Assembly (NCBI GenBank): GCA_049651785.1 | Contig: JBASCT010000025.1 | Location: 5,563 to 69,562, forward strand | DNA from: Minisyncoccia bacterium | GTDB taxonomy: Bacteria; Patescibacteriota; Minisyncoccia; Phycocordibacterales; Zambryskibacteraceae | Direction: 5' to 3' | Length of the DNA: 64,000 bases | Shown: piece by piece, positions 7,820 to 17,877 of the stretch | How the letters are laid out: each line of letters begins with the position of its first letter | How positions within the stretch are numbered: the stretch's first letter is position 1 | Made by a program: the position numbers and the translations under genes | The notes under the pieces: model-generated | Told to the model about the DNA's origin: nothing | What the model saw: the letters and a program-made list of their open reading frames with translations, nothing else | Databases searched by the model: none

Positions 7820-8320
7820 TTAGTGCCATTCAAGGGGCGAAATCTTTGTCGCCTGAAGCTCTTCGGCAAGGAGTTCTGAATTCTTCATTCCGCGAAGAGT
7901 CTTCACCAAGTCGGCGAAGCGCTCGGCGGCGCTTCTTGACGCCTTGGCGTAGCTCGTTCTCCTGCGGGCCTGCCAGTAACCGGCGTGGGCTCTGTAAGCA
8001 CCCACTCCCATTTCGAAAAAGTAGCCGATTCGAACGTTCCTCCGACGGGAAAGCTCCGGGAAAAATCCTGCAATGAGGAGACACCTCCCCGCGACCCTGA
8101 TAAGAGCTTCAGAATCATAGAGGGCGTAGGTCTCGAGGAATTCTCTCGCCACCACCGCGCAAAGCTCGGTATCCTTGAGATAACTCCGCAGAGTCATCGT
8201 CAAGTGTTCCTCGAGCATCGGGCCGAGGGAAATCCCCGCGCGCCTCTCCCCCTCGAGAACCGCGCGGTGCCAGAGTCCTGTTGTATCGTTCTCGGCAAGC
8301 ATCAGTTCTTGAAGAGGCAT
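7820..8320 (-). CDS. Hypothetical protein, 166 aa
   Basis: AAAGGAG upstream. No homolog recognised. Confidence 0.5.
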   Translation of the reverse strand: MPLQELMLAENDTTGLWHRAVLEGERRAGISLGPMLEEHLTMTLRSYLKDTELCAVVAREFLETYALYDSEALIRVAGRCLLIAGFFPELSRRRNVRIGYFFEMGVGAYRAHAGYWQARRRTSYAKASRSAAERFADLVKTLRGMKNSELLAEELQATKISPLEWH

Positions 8321-8447
8321 GGCGCTCTCCTTTTATTGCCTCAAGTAGCCGTCCTTCCTCATTCTGGGGGACTTGCTATCTCAAGTCAACGGAAAGCTTT
8401 TCTTCGAAGGCGGGTTATAAAATATCCTTATTTTTAATGCCAAAACC

Positions 8448-8474
8448 TTGACAGAGTAAGTATTTTATTATAAT
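8448..8474 (+). promoter_or_regulatory. Sigma70-type promoter, TTGACA-15-TATAAT
   Basis: -35 at 8448-8453 and -10 at 8469-8474. The spacer is short at 15 nt. Confidence 0.4.
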
Positions 8475-8506
8475 GTGCACGCGGAAAAGTTACACAGGAG
8501 TAACCA

Positions 8507-9265
8507 ATGTTCATTAAGGAAATACTGCATAACTCTTTGGGAAAGCTCGATTCGGGAAGACTGCTCAACATTGATATGTTCCTCTCTTCTAGTGAGAGAA
8601 GTCATCTCAATAATCTAATTATTGAGAGGGAGCTGGAGCAGTTTGACTTTTTCGGCCCGCCCACGAAGCTCCTAAAGAGTCGGCTTGAAAGGCACCTTGC
8701 AGGACTTGGTGATAACAGTCCCGATACCGTCTCTTCTGTGGCCGGTATCGTTCTCCGTCTTTCTCAGGAAATGCGCTATGGCTTTGGCGGAGAATCCGTT
8801 TGGACCATGGTGCGAGTGCTTCTTCCCACAGACGAGTTTGTTGTCCCGCGTTGGCACCCTGATGGCAAGTACTTTGCTTCAGAAAAAAAGTGCTACAAAC
8901 TTGCAACTACGCTAAAGGGAGCAAGCACGCTTTTCGGCGAGACCAAGAATCCTTTGGAAGTTCAGAAGCTCCTTAGGGAAGAGGTCGCCAATTACCAAGA
9001 AAACTTGAACAATCCCGGCAGGTTCGATGAAGAAGACCTACGAATAAGAAAAGAGCTTTCAAAAATTGTTGAGCCGATGGAAATTGGCGGCCCGGAACAC
9101 GCGGTAATCTACCTCGTTGGAGATGACAATGCCGTGCTTCACTCAGAGCCAGATATCACGGAGCCAAGACTCTTGGTCACGGTACTAACGGGATCAAGAA
9201 AGCAAATCTCCGAGTGGCAGAAGCGACAAAAAAACTTTGAAACCACTTCGTATGTCAAAATGTGA
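8507..9265 (+). CDS. Hypothetical protein, 252 aa
   Basis: No homolog recognised. Confidence 0.5.
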   Translation: MFIKEILHNSLGKLDSGRLLNIDMFLSSSERSHLNNLIIERELEQFDFFGPPTKLLKSRLERHLAGLGDNSPDTVSSVAGIVLRLSQEMRYGFGGESVWTMVRVLLPTDEFVVPRWHPDGKYFASEKKCYKLATTLKGASTLFGETKNPLEVQKLLREEVANYQENLNNPGRFDEEDLRIRKELSKIVEPMEIGGPEHAVIYLVGDDNAVLHSEPDITEPRLLVTVLTGSRKQISEWQKRQKNFETTSYVKM

Positions 9266-9281
9266 AGTGGTTTTTCTTTTT
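9243..9281 (+). terminator. Rho-independent terminator
   Basis: CCACTTC...GAAGTGG hairpin followed by TTTTTCTTTTT. Confidence 0.5.
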
Positions 9282-9348
9282 AAACATTGACGGCAGGCAC
9301 TGTTTGGAGCATAAATAAACAGGGTCTGTTCTACAAAAAGGAGGCGAC

Positions 9349-9657
9349 ATGTTCAGTTACTCAACTGGGCTAGTGATTTCATTCGGAATTCTCGCATACG
9401 GTGTCGCCGTATATCTGTTATCAGCGGTGACGTATATCATCCTTACGAACACCGCCGAAGCAAACATTGCCTATATCGAAAACGATGAAACTATCTTCGG
9501 CTGGGAAGATATCCAGAATGCCAAGGCACACATCAAAGCCCTGAGACACAAACTCAGAGCAATTCAGCTCTCTCTCGTCATCCAGGCGCGCAACAAAGGT
9601 GTTCCTCCGCTTGTCGCGGGGATTCTTCTCATCGTGTGGTTTTCCTCAAAGACCTGA
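9349..9657 (+). CDS. Small membrane protein, 102 aa
   Basis: AAAGGAGG upstream. Two TM helices. No homolog recognised. Confidence 0.5.
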   Translation: MFSYSTGLVISFGILAYGVAVYLLSAVTYIILTNTAEANIAYIENDETIFGWEDIQNAKAHIKALRHKLRAIQLSLVIQARNKGVPPLVAGILLIVWFSSKT

Positions 9658-9681
9658 AGCTCAGCTTCAGGTCTTTTTTAT
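9651..9681. terminator. Bidirectional Rho-independent terminator
   Basis: GACCTGAAGC-TCAG-CTTCAGGTC followed by TTTTTTATT. Sits between convergent genes. Confidence 0.55.
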
Positions 9682-10181
9682 TAGCGAGTTACGCAGATTG
9701 GCGCGGGGTTTGGAACAGCTGTCTCGTTGGCGGCAAGTGGTGCGGCCACGCTTATTCTGCCCGGGGCACTTGTACCAGCGCAGTCTACATCAATACGAAC
9801 GTCATAAAGAATATCTACACCGCTGACCCAGGTTGGATCGGTTGGCAGAGCTGAAATGTAAGTTGGAACTAAGCACTCCAAATTTAACCCAGAACCGCCG
9901 GTATCGCTATCAATATCGTCAGTTACTAGCGTTGGACAAGTATACGGAGTTCCGCCGATAGTAAAAGTTCCAGCAAAAACCCCCTTGTTGTCTGCCATAC
10001 GCTGACCTATGGCGTTGAGAATGGCATTAACGTCGGAAGTGCGCTGAGTGTTGCGAGCTTGGGCGAATTGTTTGGCAGGATTAATAGCGATAATCACGAT
10101 AGCAGCAAGAACGGCGATGATACCGATAACGACCAAAATTTCGATGAGAGTGAAGCCGCCCTGCTTGTTAACCTTTTTCAT
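9681..10181 (-). CDS. Type IV pilin (prepilin with class III signal), candidate major pilin of locus 1
   Basis: MKKVNKQG|FTLIEILVVIGIIAVLAAIV with conserved E5. Confidence 0.8.
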   Translation of the reverse strand: MKKVNKQGGFTLIEILVVIGIIAVLAAIVIIAINPAKQFAQARNTQRTSDVNAILNAIGQRMADNKGVFAGTFTIGGTPYTCPTLVTDDIDSDTGGSGLNLECLVPTYISALPTDPTWVSGVDILYDVRIDVDCAGTSAPGRISVAAPLAANETAVPNPAPICVTR

Positions 10182-10207
10182 AATTTTTAGTTTTTATTAA
10201 CTCCCCG

Positions 10208-10236
10208 ATACTACAACAATAGCCTGTTTTATACAA
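10208..10236 (-). promoter_or_regulatory. Candidate promoter for the pilin gene, TTGTAT-17-TAGTAT on the minus strand
   Basis: Read on the reverse complement. Lies in the 64-nt gap between pilin and vWA genes. Confidence 0.35.
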
Positions 10237-10245
10237 GGACGATTA

Positions 10246-12219
10246 TCACGGAACCTCCTTCCAAGAACCGATGAAAATATTGGGTGGAGGCGGGGGTGGC
10301 GGCGGAGGCGGAGGGGGTGCGGCGGCGCTCGGCGGCGGCGCGGCGGCGGGGCAGGCAATCTTGCCTATGGTGTCGAAGACATTGGCCATAATAGAGGCGC
10401 TTGGCGAGATGAAGAAGTGATCGCTGTCGTTATTTTCGTTGTCATACCCGCTGGGACTATCTGGATAGTTGTCGACAGAACCCGGTTGGTGCCCAAGGTG
10501 CGGCGAAGGCAGGGGCGCGGTGCTCGTCCCAGTCGCCAGAGCAGCGAGAAGCTCATGACCATCGAAGCCGTTGGGGTTTGTGCCGTAAAAAATCGTAAAG
10601 ATTTCTACCCCGCTCAATTTAGCCGTGTCGGCGGCATCTAGCGCCGCTTCTCTTGCTCCGCTATTCGGACTGCCGTTGTTTGGCGGCTCACTCGGAGTGC
10701 CGTCAGAGACCAAAAGAAGAACCTTGCCCTTGCCGGGGATGTGGCGTGGGCCATTGAGTTCGGCCGCGCCGACACTTATCGCGTCGGCCAGATGGGTGTA
10801 GCGATACGCGCCTGTCTGAGTTGTGGCTAAGTCAATCGCCCTATATAGATCGCCGTCATTGGCGATATCATCATCACCGTAGTCGCTCGTGAGCCAGCCC
10901 GCGGGAGAAGTGTATGAGACCGTCAAATAGATATGGGTTATTCTCGCGGTCCCGCCGGAATTTGTTTTTATAACACCGAATCTGGTTGTCCAATTGTTTA
11001 CCTCGTCGAGAGTCCAGGGTAGACCAGTGAAAGGATTGATGACCATGGTTCTCGTGTATGTAATGTAATTAGGGGTTAAGTTTCTGGTTATTGGATCATC
11101 CTGAAAATTGCCAATACCGTTCTCGGCTCTAATACGAAGAGAAGCTTGGCCATCAGTTTCTTTAGCAACAACTCGCACCGCCACCGATTGAATGGTTGAG
11201 CCGACCGGTAGATTCGCGTCCGGGAAGGAGAAGGTTATGGCACTATTTTGCGTCGTGCCGGAGATAAAACTCATATCGCCATTATTTGTTGCCACAGCAG
11301 TAACTTTTGAACCTGTGTTTGCTGGCCATGGACCGTCGTTAGCAACGCTCGAAGGAATAATATTGGGTGAAGTTGTGGCTGAGAAAACAATTTCTGCTTC
11401 CGCCGTGCCGCCATCCACCTCGTCGCCGAAGCGTCCGACACCCACCTGGGGCGGATTGGCGAGTAAATCATAGAGATTAAGAATGCCCTTAGCGGCGACT
11501 CTCTCATTGGTAAGATCGGTTGCCGACATACTCCCCGTCCTGTCGAGCATCATGACGACATCGGCGCAGTCGGGCGGCGGCTGGACCGTCACGGAAGCGG
11601 AGCAGACACTCGTGCCGCCAAGTCCTTCAACCTCGCCGTTATAGGTCGTGCTAACAGTCGGTGAGATAAGTTGTTGCCCACTCGTATTTGGCGAGGGTGC
11701 GATTGTGGAGCCGTCGCTCGTGTTGGTGATGGCGAATGACTGGGCGTTTGTGGAAGTGGCCCAAGAGAGCCAGACCGACTGGCCGGCGTTCGTAACGCTT
11801 GGCGTAATGGAGATTGAGCAGGCGGGCGGCGGCGGCAGGGGCGGCAAGGTCGGGTCCTGAATCACCGCGCTCGTCAGTACGCTCGAGAAGGAGCCGTTAA
11901 CTTCCGCCCAAGTTCTGATGATTCTATTGAGATTGGCGTCGGGCGCCGAAACGCTTTCTATGTAGCAGGCATCGGAGCCGATATCAACTCTCTGGTTCGT
12001 CGGGTTGTAGTGATAATTATCACGAAGATAAAGCAGGGCGACGTTGACACAGGCCTCGGCAAGCGACAGGGCCTGGCGTTTGAACTCATTCTGGAGCGCG
12101 TTGGAGCGGGCGTGGAAACTCGAGGCGCCGGCCGTTACGGTAATCATCAAAATAACTGCCGAGATAACCAAAACGGACATAAGTGCCACGAAACCTCGGC
12201 TGTGTTTATGAGTAATCAT
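10246..12219 (-). CDS. Pilus-associated large protein with a vWA domain and a Pro/Ala-rich C-terminal tail (PilY1/tip-adhesin-like)
   Basis: DCADVVMMLDRTGSM vWA MIDAS motif. Pilin-like hydrophobic N-terminus without E5. C-terminus PPPSAAAPPPPPPPPPPPP. Confidence 0.6.
   Translation of the reverse strand: MITHKHSRGFVALMSVLVISAVILMITVTAGASSFHARSNALQNEFKRQALSLAEACVNVALLYLRDNYHYNPTNQRVDIGSDACYIESVSAPDANLNRIIRTWAEVNGSFSSVLTSAVIQDPTLPPLPPPPACSISITPSVTNAGQSVWLSWATSTNAQSFAITNTSDGSTIAPSPNTSGQQLISPTVSTTYNGEVEGLGGTSVCSASVTVQPPPDCADVVMMLDRTGSMSATDLTNERVAAKGILNLYDLLANPPQVGVGRFGDEVDGGTAEAEIVFSATTSPNIIPSSVANDGPWPANTGSKVTAVATNNGDMSFISGTTQNSAITFSFPDANLPVGSTIQSVAVRVVAKETDGQASLRIRAENGIGNFQDDPITRNLTPNYITYTRTMVINPFTGLPWTLDEVNNWTTRFGVIKTNSGGTARITHIYLTVSYTSPAGWLTSDYGDDDIANDGDLYRAIDLATTQTGAYRYTHLADAISVGAAELNGPRHIPGKGKVLLLVSDGTPSEPPNNGSPNSGAREAALDAADTAKLSGVEIFTIFYGTNPNGFDGHELLAALATGTSTAPLPSPHLGHQPGSVDNYPDSPSGYDNENNDSDHFFISPSASIMANVFDTIGKIACPAAAPPPSAAAPPPPPPPPPPPPNIFIGSWKEVP
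10262..10340. repeat. GGC/GCC-rich low-complexity tract encoding a poly-Pro/Ala tail
   Basis: ggtggaggcgggggtggcggcggaggcggagggggtgcggcggcgctcggcggcggcgcggcggcgggg. Confidence 0.7.
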
Positions 12220-12704
12220 TTCCTTAAATATTTGATGGTGGAAAAGTTTTGAGAAAAAGGCAAGCCGTCACGCGTTCTTGTACTCAAGGTAAAACTTGCC
12301 TCGAGACTCTCGGGATTAATGCCGTCTCCCGTGGCCTCGGTATGGACGAAAGTCAGATTCTCCACGGAGACATTGGTGTTGTTGAGGGCTTGCGGAGGGT
12401 TGAAGTCACGAGCCAGGCGCATCTCGCCGAGAAGCAGGTCTATAACAAAGACATTGCCGTCAAAGCTTATGACAGAAAGCGTGCTCGAAGCGCCCGTAGC
12501 CCCCATGATGTCGCGAGTGTTCGAGAGAATCCAGTCAATTTTCCCCACAAGGAATGTTCCCTCCTCGAGCATCATCGCCTTCGCCTGATTGCGGCTCGAA
12601 GTTTGGCTTATGCTGTAGACGGCGGTAAGAATGCCAGACATAATAACGGCGAAAAGGGCGAGGTAAATCAAAGTTTCTATCAATGTAAAACCTCTTTTTG
12701 TCAT
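12216..12704 (-). CDS. Pseudopilin (minor pilin, prepilin-type N-terminus)
   Basis: Start MTKRG|FTLIETLIYLALFAV. Its ATG overlaps the TGA of the upstream gene (ATGA). The six-frame ORF is longer, but the internal Met fits the leader. Confidence 0.7.
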   Translation of the reverse strand: MTKRGFTLIETLIYLALFAVIMSGILTAVYSISQTSSRNQAKAMMLEEGTFLVGKIDWILSNTRDIMGATGASSTLSVISFDGNVFVIDLLLGEMRLARDFNPPQALNNTNVSVENLTFVHTEATGDGINPESLEASFTLSTRTRDGLPFSQNFSTIKYLRK

Positions 12705-14236
12705 GAGCCGGTGATAACCGTAATGTAACCGTTGCCCGAGGCGTCTGTCGAGCCGACGTAGAGATAATTCCCCTCGCAATCAAGGGTCCGCCCGACACTC
12801 GCGCCCGGTAGGGAAACGGATGAGTATTGCGTGACGCTGGAGAGATTATCGGTGCGCAAAATTTCCAAACTGTCGTTCGTCAGAAGAAAGGAAAGGTAGT
12901 CACGCACCAGAACATCGTTTATGCTCTCGTCGGTGCCGTAGCTTCCCAGCGCGGCGCCAAGGGGTCCGGTCGGGTCAGAAATATTTAAGACGTGAAATTC
13001 ATGATTTGAAGAAAAAACGGTTTCCGTTCTGCCGAGATACAGGAGGTCGCCGACGAGGGCTAAACTTTTGCCGTTGCCGGAATTGTCTCCGGCGTGGAAG
13101 CCGCTCACTCTTGCGGGACTTCTTGGATCAACCACGTTGAGAATGGTCAATTGTTCTTGCGGAGAGTTTGAGCTGTCGGTTGGATGCGCGAGATAGGCGT
13201 AGCCGCCACGGACAAAGAGAGCGTTGACGGGCTGGAGCGAGCTCACGCCGGAAGCGGGCCAAGAGCCGACCCAGAAGGGCGAGAGCGGTGTATGAACATC
13301 TATCACATGGAACTCCGGGCCGCTCGAGGTTCTTGAGAGTCCGAGGTAGACGTAGCCGTCTTTATAAAAAATACTTTTGCCGACGGCGTTGCCGGAGCCG
13401 CCGAAAGCATTAACTCTCCCTTCGGTTGAGGTTGCAAGTTTCAAACTGACAATTGCCGGATTCCAACCGCTCGTAGGAGAGCTCACGTCGATAATTTGAA
13501 GCTGGGAACAGCTTGGTCCGACGGAACAGCTATTAAAATTGGCGTCATGCGCATTGGCAACATAGGCATAGCTACCGGCAACTTTCACGGCATTCAATCC
13601 GCTTCTTGTACTGCCGGCGTTATCGGTGCCCGCCACGTAAACGGGTCGAACCGACTGATTTGTTATGTCAAAGACAAAAAATGTTTTGTCGGTATTCCCC
13701 ACTGTCGGACCAGCGGTAACGTAGAGTTTGCCCCTATGCGCGTCAAGGTCGGTGACAGGATATGTACCTGTCTCGCTTGAAGACAAAAGGTCGCTTGAAT
13801 TCAGAGCGTAGGTCTCTATTTCGGGCACTGTCCAATCACCCGAGAGAGAAGAGTTGCAGGTCGAGCCGCCAGCCGAGCTCCCGAAGTCGGTAACAAGAGT
13901 TTTAAGCTCGACACCCTGTTCAAGTCCTCGCTCGTTGGTCCAGGTCACATCAACTGTAACCTCTTTTGTCGAGAAGTCGGGGCGAAGATTAACCGAAACG
14001 GCATCGGTATAAAAACCGTCGGTGGAAGTCGTGGCGTTTACAAGACTGAAATCCTTGCGGGCAAGGGCCTGCTGTCTTTCTACCAGAGCCTGCGCCCTCT
14101 TGAGCGCCTCGGCGGTAGCCTCACTCCCCGCCAAAGAAATTTGGTTTCCGAAAGAGACAAGGACCACGGCCGAGAGAACAATAACCATGATGGCCATCGC
14201 GATAATCACCTCAAGTGTTGTAAAGCCGCTGCGCAT
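12701..14236 (-). CDS. Large pseudopilin with a beta-propeller-like repeat domain (512 aa)
   Basis: MRSG|FTTLEVIIAMAIMVIV. Repeated YxYV/LG blades. Confidence 0.65.
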   Translation of the reverse strand: MRSGFTTLEVIIAMAIMVIVLSAVVLVSFGNQISLAGSEATAEALKRAQALVERQQALARKDFSLVNATTSTDGFYTDAVSVNLRPDFSTKEVTVDVTWTNERGLEQGVELKTLVTDFGSSAGGSTCNSSLSGDWTVPEIETYALNSSDLLSSSETGTYPVTDLDAHRGKLYVTAGPTVGNTDKTFFVFDITNQSVRPVYVAGTDNAGSTRSGLNAVKVAGSYAYVANAHDANFNSCSVGPSCSQLQIIDVSSPTSGWNPAIVSLKLATSTEGRVNAFGGSGNAVGKSIFYKDGYVYLGLSRTSSGPEFHVIDVHTPLSPFWVGSWPASGVSSLQPVNALFVRGGYAYLAHPTDSSNSPQEQLTILNVVDPRSPARVSGFHAGDNSGNGKSLALVGDLLYLGRTETVFSSNHEFHVLNISDPTGPLGAALGSYGTDESINDVLVRDYLSFLLTNDSLEILRTDNLSSVTQYSSVSLPGASVGRTLDCEGNYLYVGSTDASGNGYITVITGS

Positions 14237-14237
14237 A

Positions 14238-14717
14238 TTATTTGGTCCAGAAAATCTGCCCCTCGACGCCAACGGTCGTGGTTGAAACGGAGCCCAAGGC
14301 GGCAATTACGATGTCGCCGGGCAAGAGGACGGTACCCGAGAGCGGTTGAAAAATAACTTCAGAGGGTCCCGTGAAAATCGCGCCACCCGTTATCTCAACT
14401 ACTTCGTTGTATTCGTCGGCGGGATCGAAAGAATTACCTTGGAAAATAATGAATTGCTCTGGCTCGATTCTGACGCCGTGCGGCAAGCCCGTAGTGCAGG
14501 TTGGGCCGAAACAAGTGTTAGATATGGCCAGCGCCCGTGCCCTCTGAAGAGCGCTTATTAAAAGATCCCTGTCCGAGCGGAAAATCTGTTTTTTGAAACT
14601 ATCGACCCCCATGACCATGGAAAATCCGCCGACAATCGCTACAAGACCGAGAACAACAAGAACCTCGATTAGAGTCATACCTCGGTCCTGTCTCCGGTTT
14701 TTTTTAACGCGCGACAT
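14238..14717 (-). CDS. Pseudopilin (GspH/FimT-like)
   Basis: RG|MTLIEVLVVLGLVAIV. Confidence 0.7.
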   Translation of the reverse strand: MSRVKKNRRQDRGMTLIEVLVVLGLVAIVGGFSMVMGVDSFKKQIFRSDRDLLISALQRARALAISNTCFGPTCTTGLPHGVRIEPEQFIIFQGNSFDPADEYNEVVEITGGAIFTGPSEVIFQPLSGTVLLPGDIVIAALGSVSTTTVGVEGQIFWTK

Positions 14718-14728
14718 TAGGATGGTGA

Positions 14729-15841
14729 TTATCTCTGAAGCCCTTGGGTGATGCTATAAATCGGCGTGATGATGGAGACCGCGACAAAGCCGACCATAAG
14801 ACCCATCACGACCATAAGCACCGGCTCAATCATGTTCGAGAGATTTTTGGTCGAATCCTCCACCTCGCTCTCGTACATGTCGGAGAGGTAGTTGAGAGTT
14901 TCGGAAAGGTTGCCGCTTCTCTCGCCAACCGAGATAATCTGCGAGAGGACATCGGGGAAAAGCTTTCTGTAATTTTTCATATGAGACGAGATTTTTTCAC
15001 CCCTGTTTGCCACCTCGGCTAATTTCTCAAGTTCTCGGCGATAGACAAGATTGGTCGTAGACCTTGAAGTAATCGGTAGGGCCTCGGAGAGCGTCATGCC
15101 GCCGTTTAAGAGGAGCGAGAGGGTGCGGCTGATATTGGCGAGATTGTAGTTCTGAATCATGGGGCCGATAAGCGGAGTCCTCATGGAAAGCCTGTCGAAA
15201 AAAAAGTGAAAATGTCTGTTTTTTTTGATAACGAGGCGAAAGATTATGGCCAGCACAATAAGGCCGAGAAGGAGCCAGAGTCCGTAGGCGCCCAGGAAGT
15301 TACTTAGAGCGATAAGAATTTTCGTCGTTATCGGGAGCTCGACACTAAGAGAGAGGAAAATCGGCATTATCTTCGGAAAGATAAAAACAATTAAGAGGCT
15401 CGTGATGCCGATGGTGGCAAAAGTGATAAATATGGGATAAACCATGGCCCCGACAACCTTTCTTCTCAAGAGCTGACGTTTCTTGAGTTCCTCGGCAAGG
15501 TAGGAGAGGTTGTCGCTTAAGGCACCCGTCTCTTCACCAACCGAGATAATGCTTATGGCGAAGTCGCCGAAAGCGTTCTTGAATCTTTTTAAGCTGTCGG
15601 AGAGCGAGCGGCCGCTTGTGACGTCGGCAATAATTTGTTCAAGAACCCTTCGGTAACTTCTTGAAACCGTTTGCTCTTTAATCATATTGAGCGCTTCCAC
15701 CAAGGAGACGCCGGCATTGATTAGAAACGAGAGACGTTTGGCGAAGAAAGCCTGTTCGGCGATAGAAAGTTTGCCGAATCTAAAATTTCTAAAAAAATTC
15801 TCAAAAAGCCGGGCCCTTTTCTCTGGCTGTGCGGGAGGCAT
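14729..15841 (-). CDS. pilC: Type IV pilus platform protein PilC (GspF family)
   Basis: Two T2SSF repeats (ISVGEETGALSDNL, ISVGERSGNLSETL). Confidence 0.85.
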   Translation of the reverse strand: MPPAQPEKRARLFENFFRNFRFGKLSIAEQAFFAKRLSFLINAGVSLVEALNMIKEQTVSRSYRRVLEQIIADVTSGRSLSDSLKRFKNAFGDFAISIISVGEETGALSDNLSYLAEELKKRQLLRRKVVGAMVYPIFITFATIGITSLLIVFIFPKIMPIFLSLSVELPITTKILIALSNFLGAYGLWLLLGLIVLAIIFRLVIKKNRHFHFFFDRLSMRTPLIGPMIQNYNLANISRTLSLLLNGGMTLSEALPITSRSTTNLVYRRELEKLAEVANRGEKISSHMKNYRKLFPDVLSQIISVGERSGNLSETLNYLSDMYESEVEDSTKNLSNMIEPVLMVVMGLMVGFVAVSIITPIYSITQGLQR

Positions 15842-15842
15842 C

Positions 15843-17060
15843 TTACTCGTGGATTACGCGGAGCACTTCTTCGAGCGTCGTCTCTCCTTTCTGGGCGTGC
15901 TGGAGACCGTCTTCAAGCATTGTGGTCATGCCGTTCTTGACGGCAATTTTTTTAAGTTCGGAAGCGGAAGCTTTGCGCAGGATAGCTTCTCTGATTTCGT
16001 CATCGGCGACAAGAACTTCGTTTATACAAATCCTTCCGGTGTAACCGCTCTCGTTGCACTTCTTGCAACCCCGACCGCGGTAAAGAACACTTCCGGCCTC
16101 GAGAAGATTCAGAAGTTCGGCGTTTTTGAGTCCTTCCCTCATCGCCAGAGTTATAGCGACTTCTTCTTTGCAGTGTTCACAAATTTTTCTCACCAGTCTT
16201 TGGCCGATAATAATATTCACGGTCGAGGCAACGAGATATGACTCTATACCCATATCAAGGAGCCTCGGCAGAGTGGTGGCGGCATCATTGGTGTGAAGGG
16301 TGGAGAGAAGAAGGTGCCCCGTGAGCGCCGTGTTGACGGCAATGTTGGCCGTCTCGGAATCGCGGATTTCCCCCACCATAATTATGTTCGGATCTTGGCG
16401 AAGAATGGAGCGGAGACCGTTGGCGAAAGTGAGGCCCGTTCTCGGATTAACTTGAATCTGCTCCACATCGGGCACGGCGTATTCTATCGGGTCTTCAATG
16501 GTAATAATGGAGACCTCAGGCGAATTGAGCATTTTAACAATGGTATAGAGAGTCGTAGTCTTGCCTGAGCCCGTTGGGCCGGTTGAGAGAATCATGCCGT
16601 TAGGCTTTCTCATAGCGGCAAGAATCTTTTTCCTGTCTGCCTCGGAGAAGCCGAGACTTTTTAGATCAAAATTTTCCGATTTGTCGGCAAGGAGACGAAG
16701 CACCGCATTCTCACCATGATAAGTCGGCACGATTGAAACGCGGATGTCTACGTGATTGTCGCCTGGCAGCCCCTGCCTGAGGCGGCCATCCTGGGTCGCG
16801 TTATGTTCGTCGGTGCGTAGGCGCGAGAGAATTTTTATGCGTGAAATTACTTCGGGGTGAATAGCCTTCGGAAAAGTGTAGACGTCCTGAAGAACTCCGT
16901 CGACGCGAAATCTGACGCGAACCTTGTCCGCCAGAGGATCAATGTGGATATCCGAGGCGCGAACTTCGTGCGCTCTTTCTATAAGGCAATCAAGAAGGCT
17001 GATAATCGAGAGATTTGTACCCCTCGAAAGCTCCTTTTCTACTTTGTTGGCGCTGTGCAT
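15843..17060 (-). CDS. GspE/PilB-family secretion ATPase, short form lacking the N1 domain
   Basis: Walker A GPTGSGKTT, Asp box, His box and C-terminal tetracysteine CEHC...CKKC. Confidence 0.8.
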   Translation of the reverse strand: MHSANKVEKELSRGTNLSIISLLDCLIERAHEVRASDIHIDPLADKVRVRFRVDGVLQDVYTFPKAIHPEVISRIKILSRLRTDEHNATQDGRLRQGLPGDNHVDIRVSIVPTYHGENAVLRLLADKSENFDLKSLGFSEADRKKILAAMRKPNGMILSTGPTGSGKTTTLYTIVKMLNSPEVSIITIEDPIEYAVPDVEQIQVNPRTGLTFANGLRSILRQDPNIIMVGEIRDSETANIAVNTALTGHLLLSTLHTNDAATTLPRLLDMGIESYLVASTVNIIIGQRLVRKICEHCKEEVAITLAMREGLKNAELLNLLEAGSVLYRGRGCKKCNESGYTGRICINEVLVADDEIREAILRKASASELKKIAVKNGMTTMLEDGLQHAQKGETTLEEVLRVIHE

Positions 17061-17206
17061 GTGGGGTCGCTTTTACAGATGAGAACTATACTACAAATAG
17101 CGAGAATAACAAGGTTTCCGGGCTCAATTGTCCTGAATAAAAGAAAAGCCGTCAGCACGAGGAGCTGGGCGGCTTTTCACCTTGAAAACTTGAAGAACGC
17201 CTCTTA

Positions 17207-17737
17207 CTATCTCACGTTCTTGACTTCAGCCTGAAGTCGCTTGAGTTGTTCGAGAAGGACTTGAATCTGCCTCTCAAGATCAGCAATTCGAGAAGAAGTC
17301 TGGGACTCGTCTCTGATGTGGAGCGCCGTAATCGTGCCGGCCGACTCGTTGATCTGGCCTTTACCGGAAAGAACGTCCCCCGCCTTCATGTCGGCGAGAC
17401 TCGAGACACCTACAAGCTGGGTGCTCGAACTGGTAACAAGAGTAAGCGGCAGGCCGTAGATAGTCACCGCAACGTTGGCACCGGAAAGCGAGACAAATTT
17501 TGCCCCGCCGAACTGAACCGCGCCCGAGGGGTTTATAGAAAACCCGACTTTAGAAACTTCGGAGGAGCTGCGATTTTCCGACTTATACTTAACTTCATAC
17601 TCCGTTTTAACCTTGACGGGTTCCGTATCGCTAGGGCTGTTTTCGGCAAAAGCTAGTCTTGCCGAGAAGAGAATGGCTAGAGCCAGGCTGATAACAAGCA
17701 ACAAAGAAACATCTTTTTTGAGCGTAAATGTATTCAT
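17207..17737 (-). CDS. Secreted protein with Sec signal peptide, unknown function
   Basis: Signal peptide ...ARLAFA|EN and a C-terminal coiled coil. Confidence 0.5.
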   Translation of the reverse strand: MNTFTLKKDVSLLLVISLALAILFSARLAFAENSPSDTEPVKVKTEYEVKYKSENRSSSEVSKVGFSINPSGAVQFGGAKFVSLSGANVAVTIYGLPLTLVTSSSTQLVGVSSLADMKAGDVLSGKGQINESAGTITALHIRDESQTSSRIADLERQIQVLLEQLKRLQAEVKNVR

Positions 17738-17877
17738 TTTTCCTAATTATTACTAACTCTTTTATTTTAGCACATAGTTATACCCTTCTTGCCCACAGGA
17801 TATTCACTTACTTTTCAAGATATCCCGCTTGACATAAGTGAAAAGCTCTCGGCAGCGCTTGTGTTAGAATTGGATAA

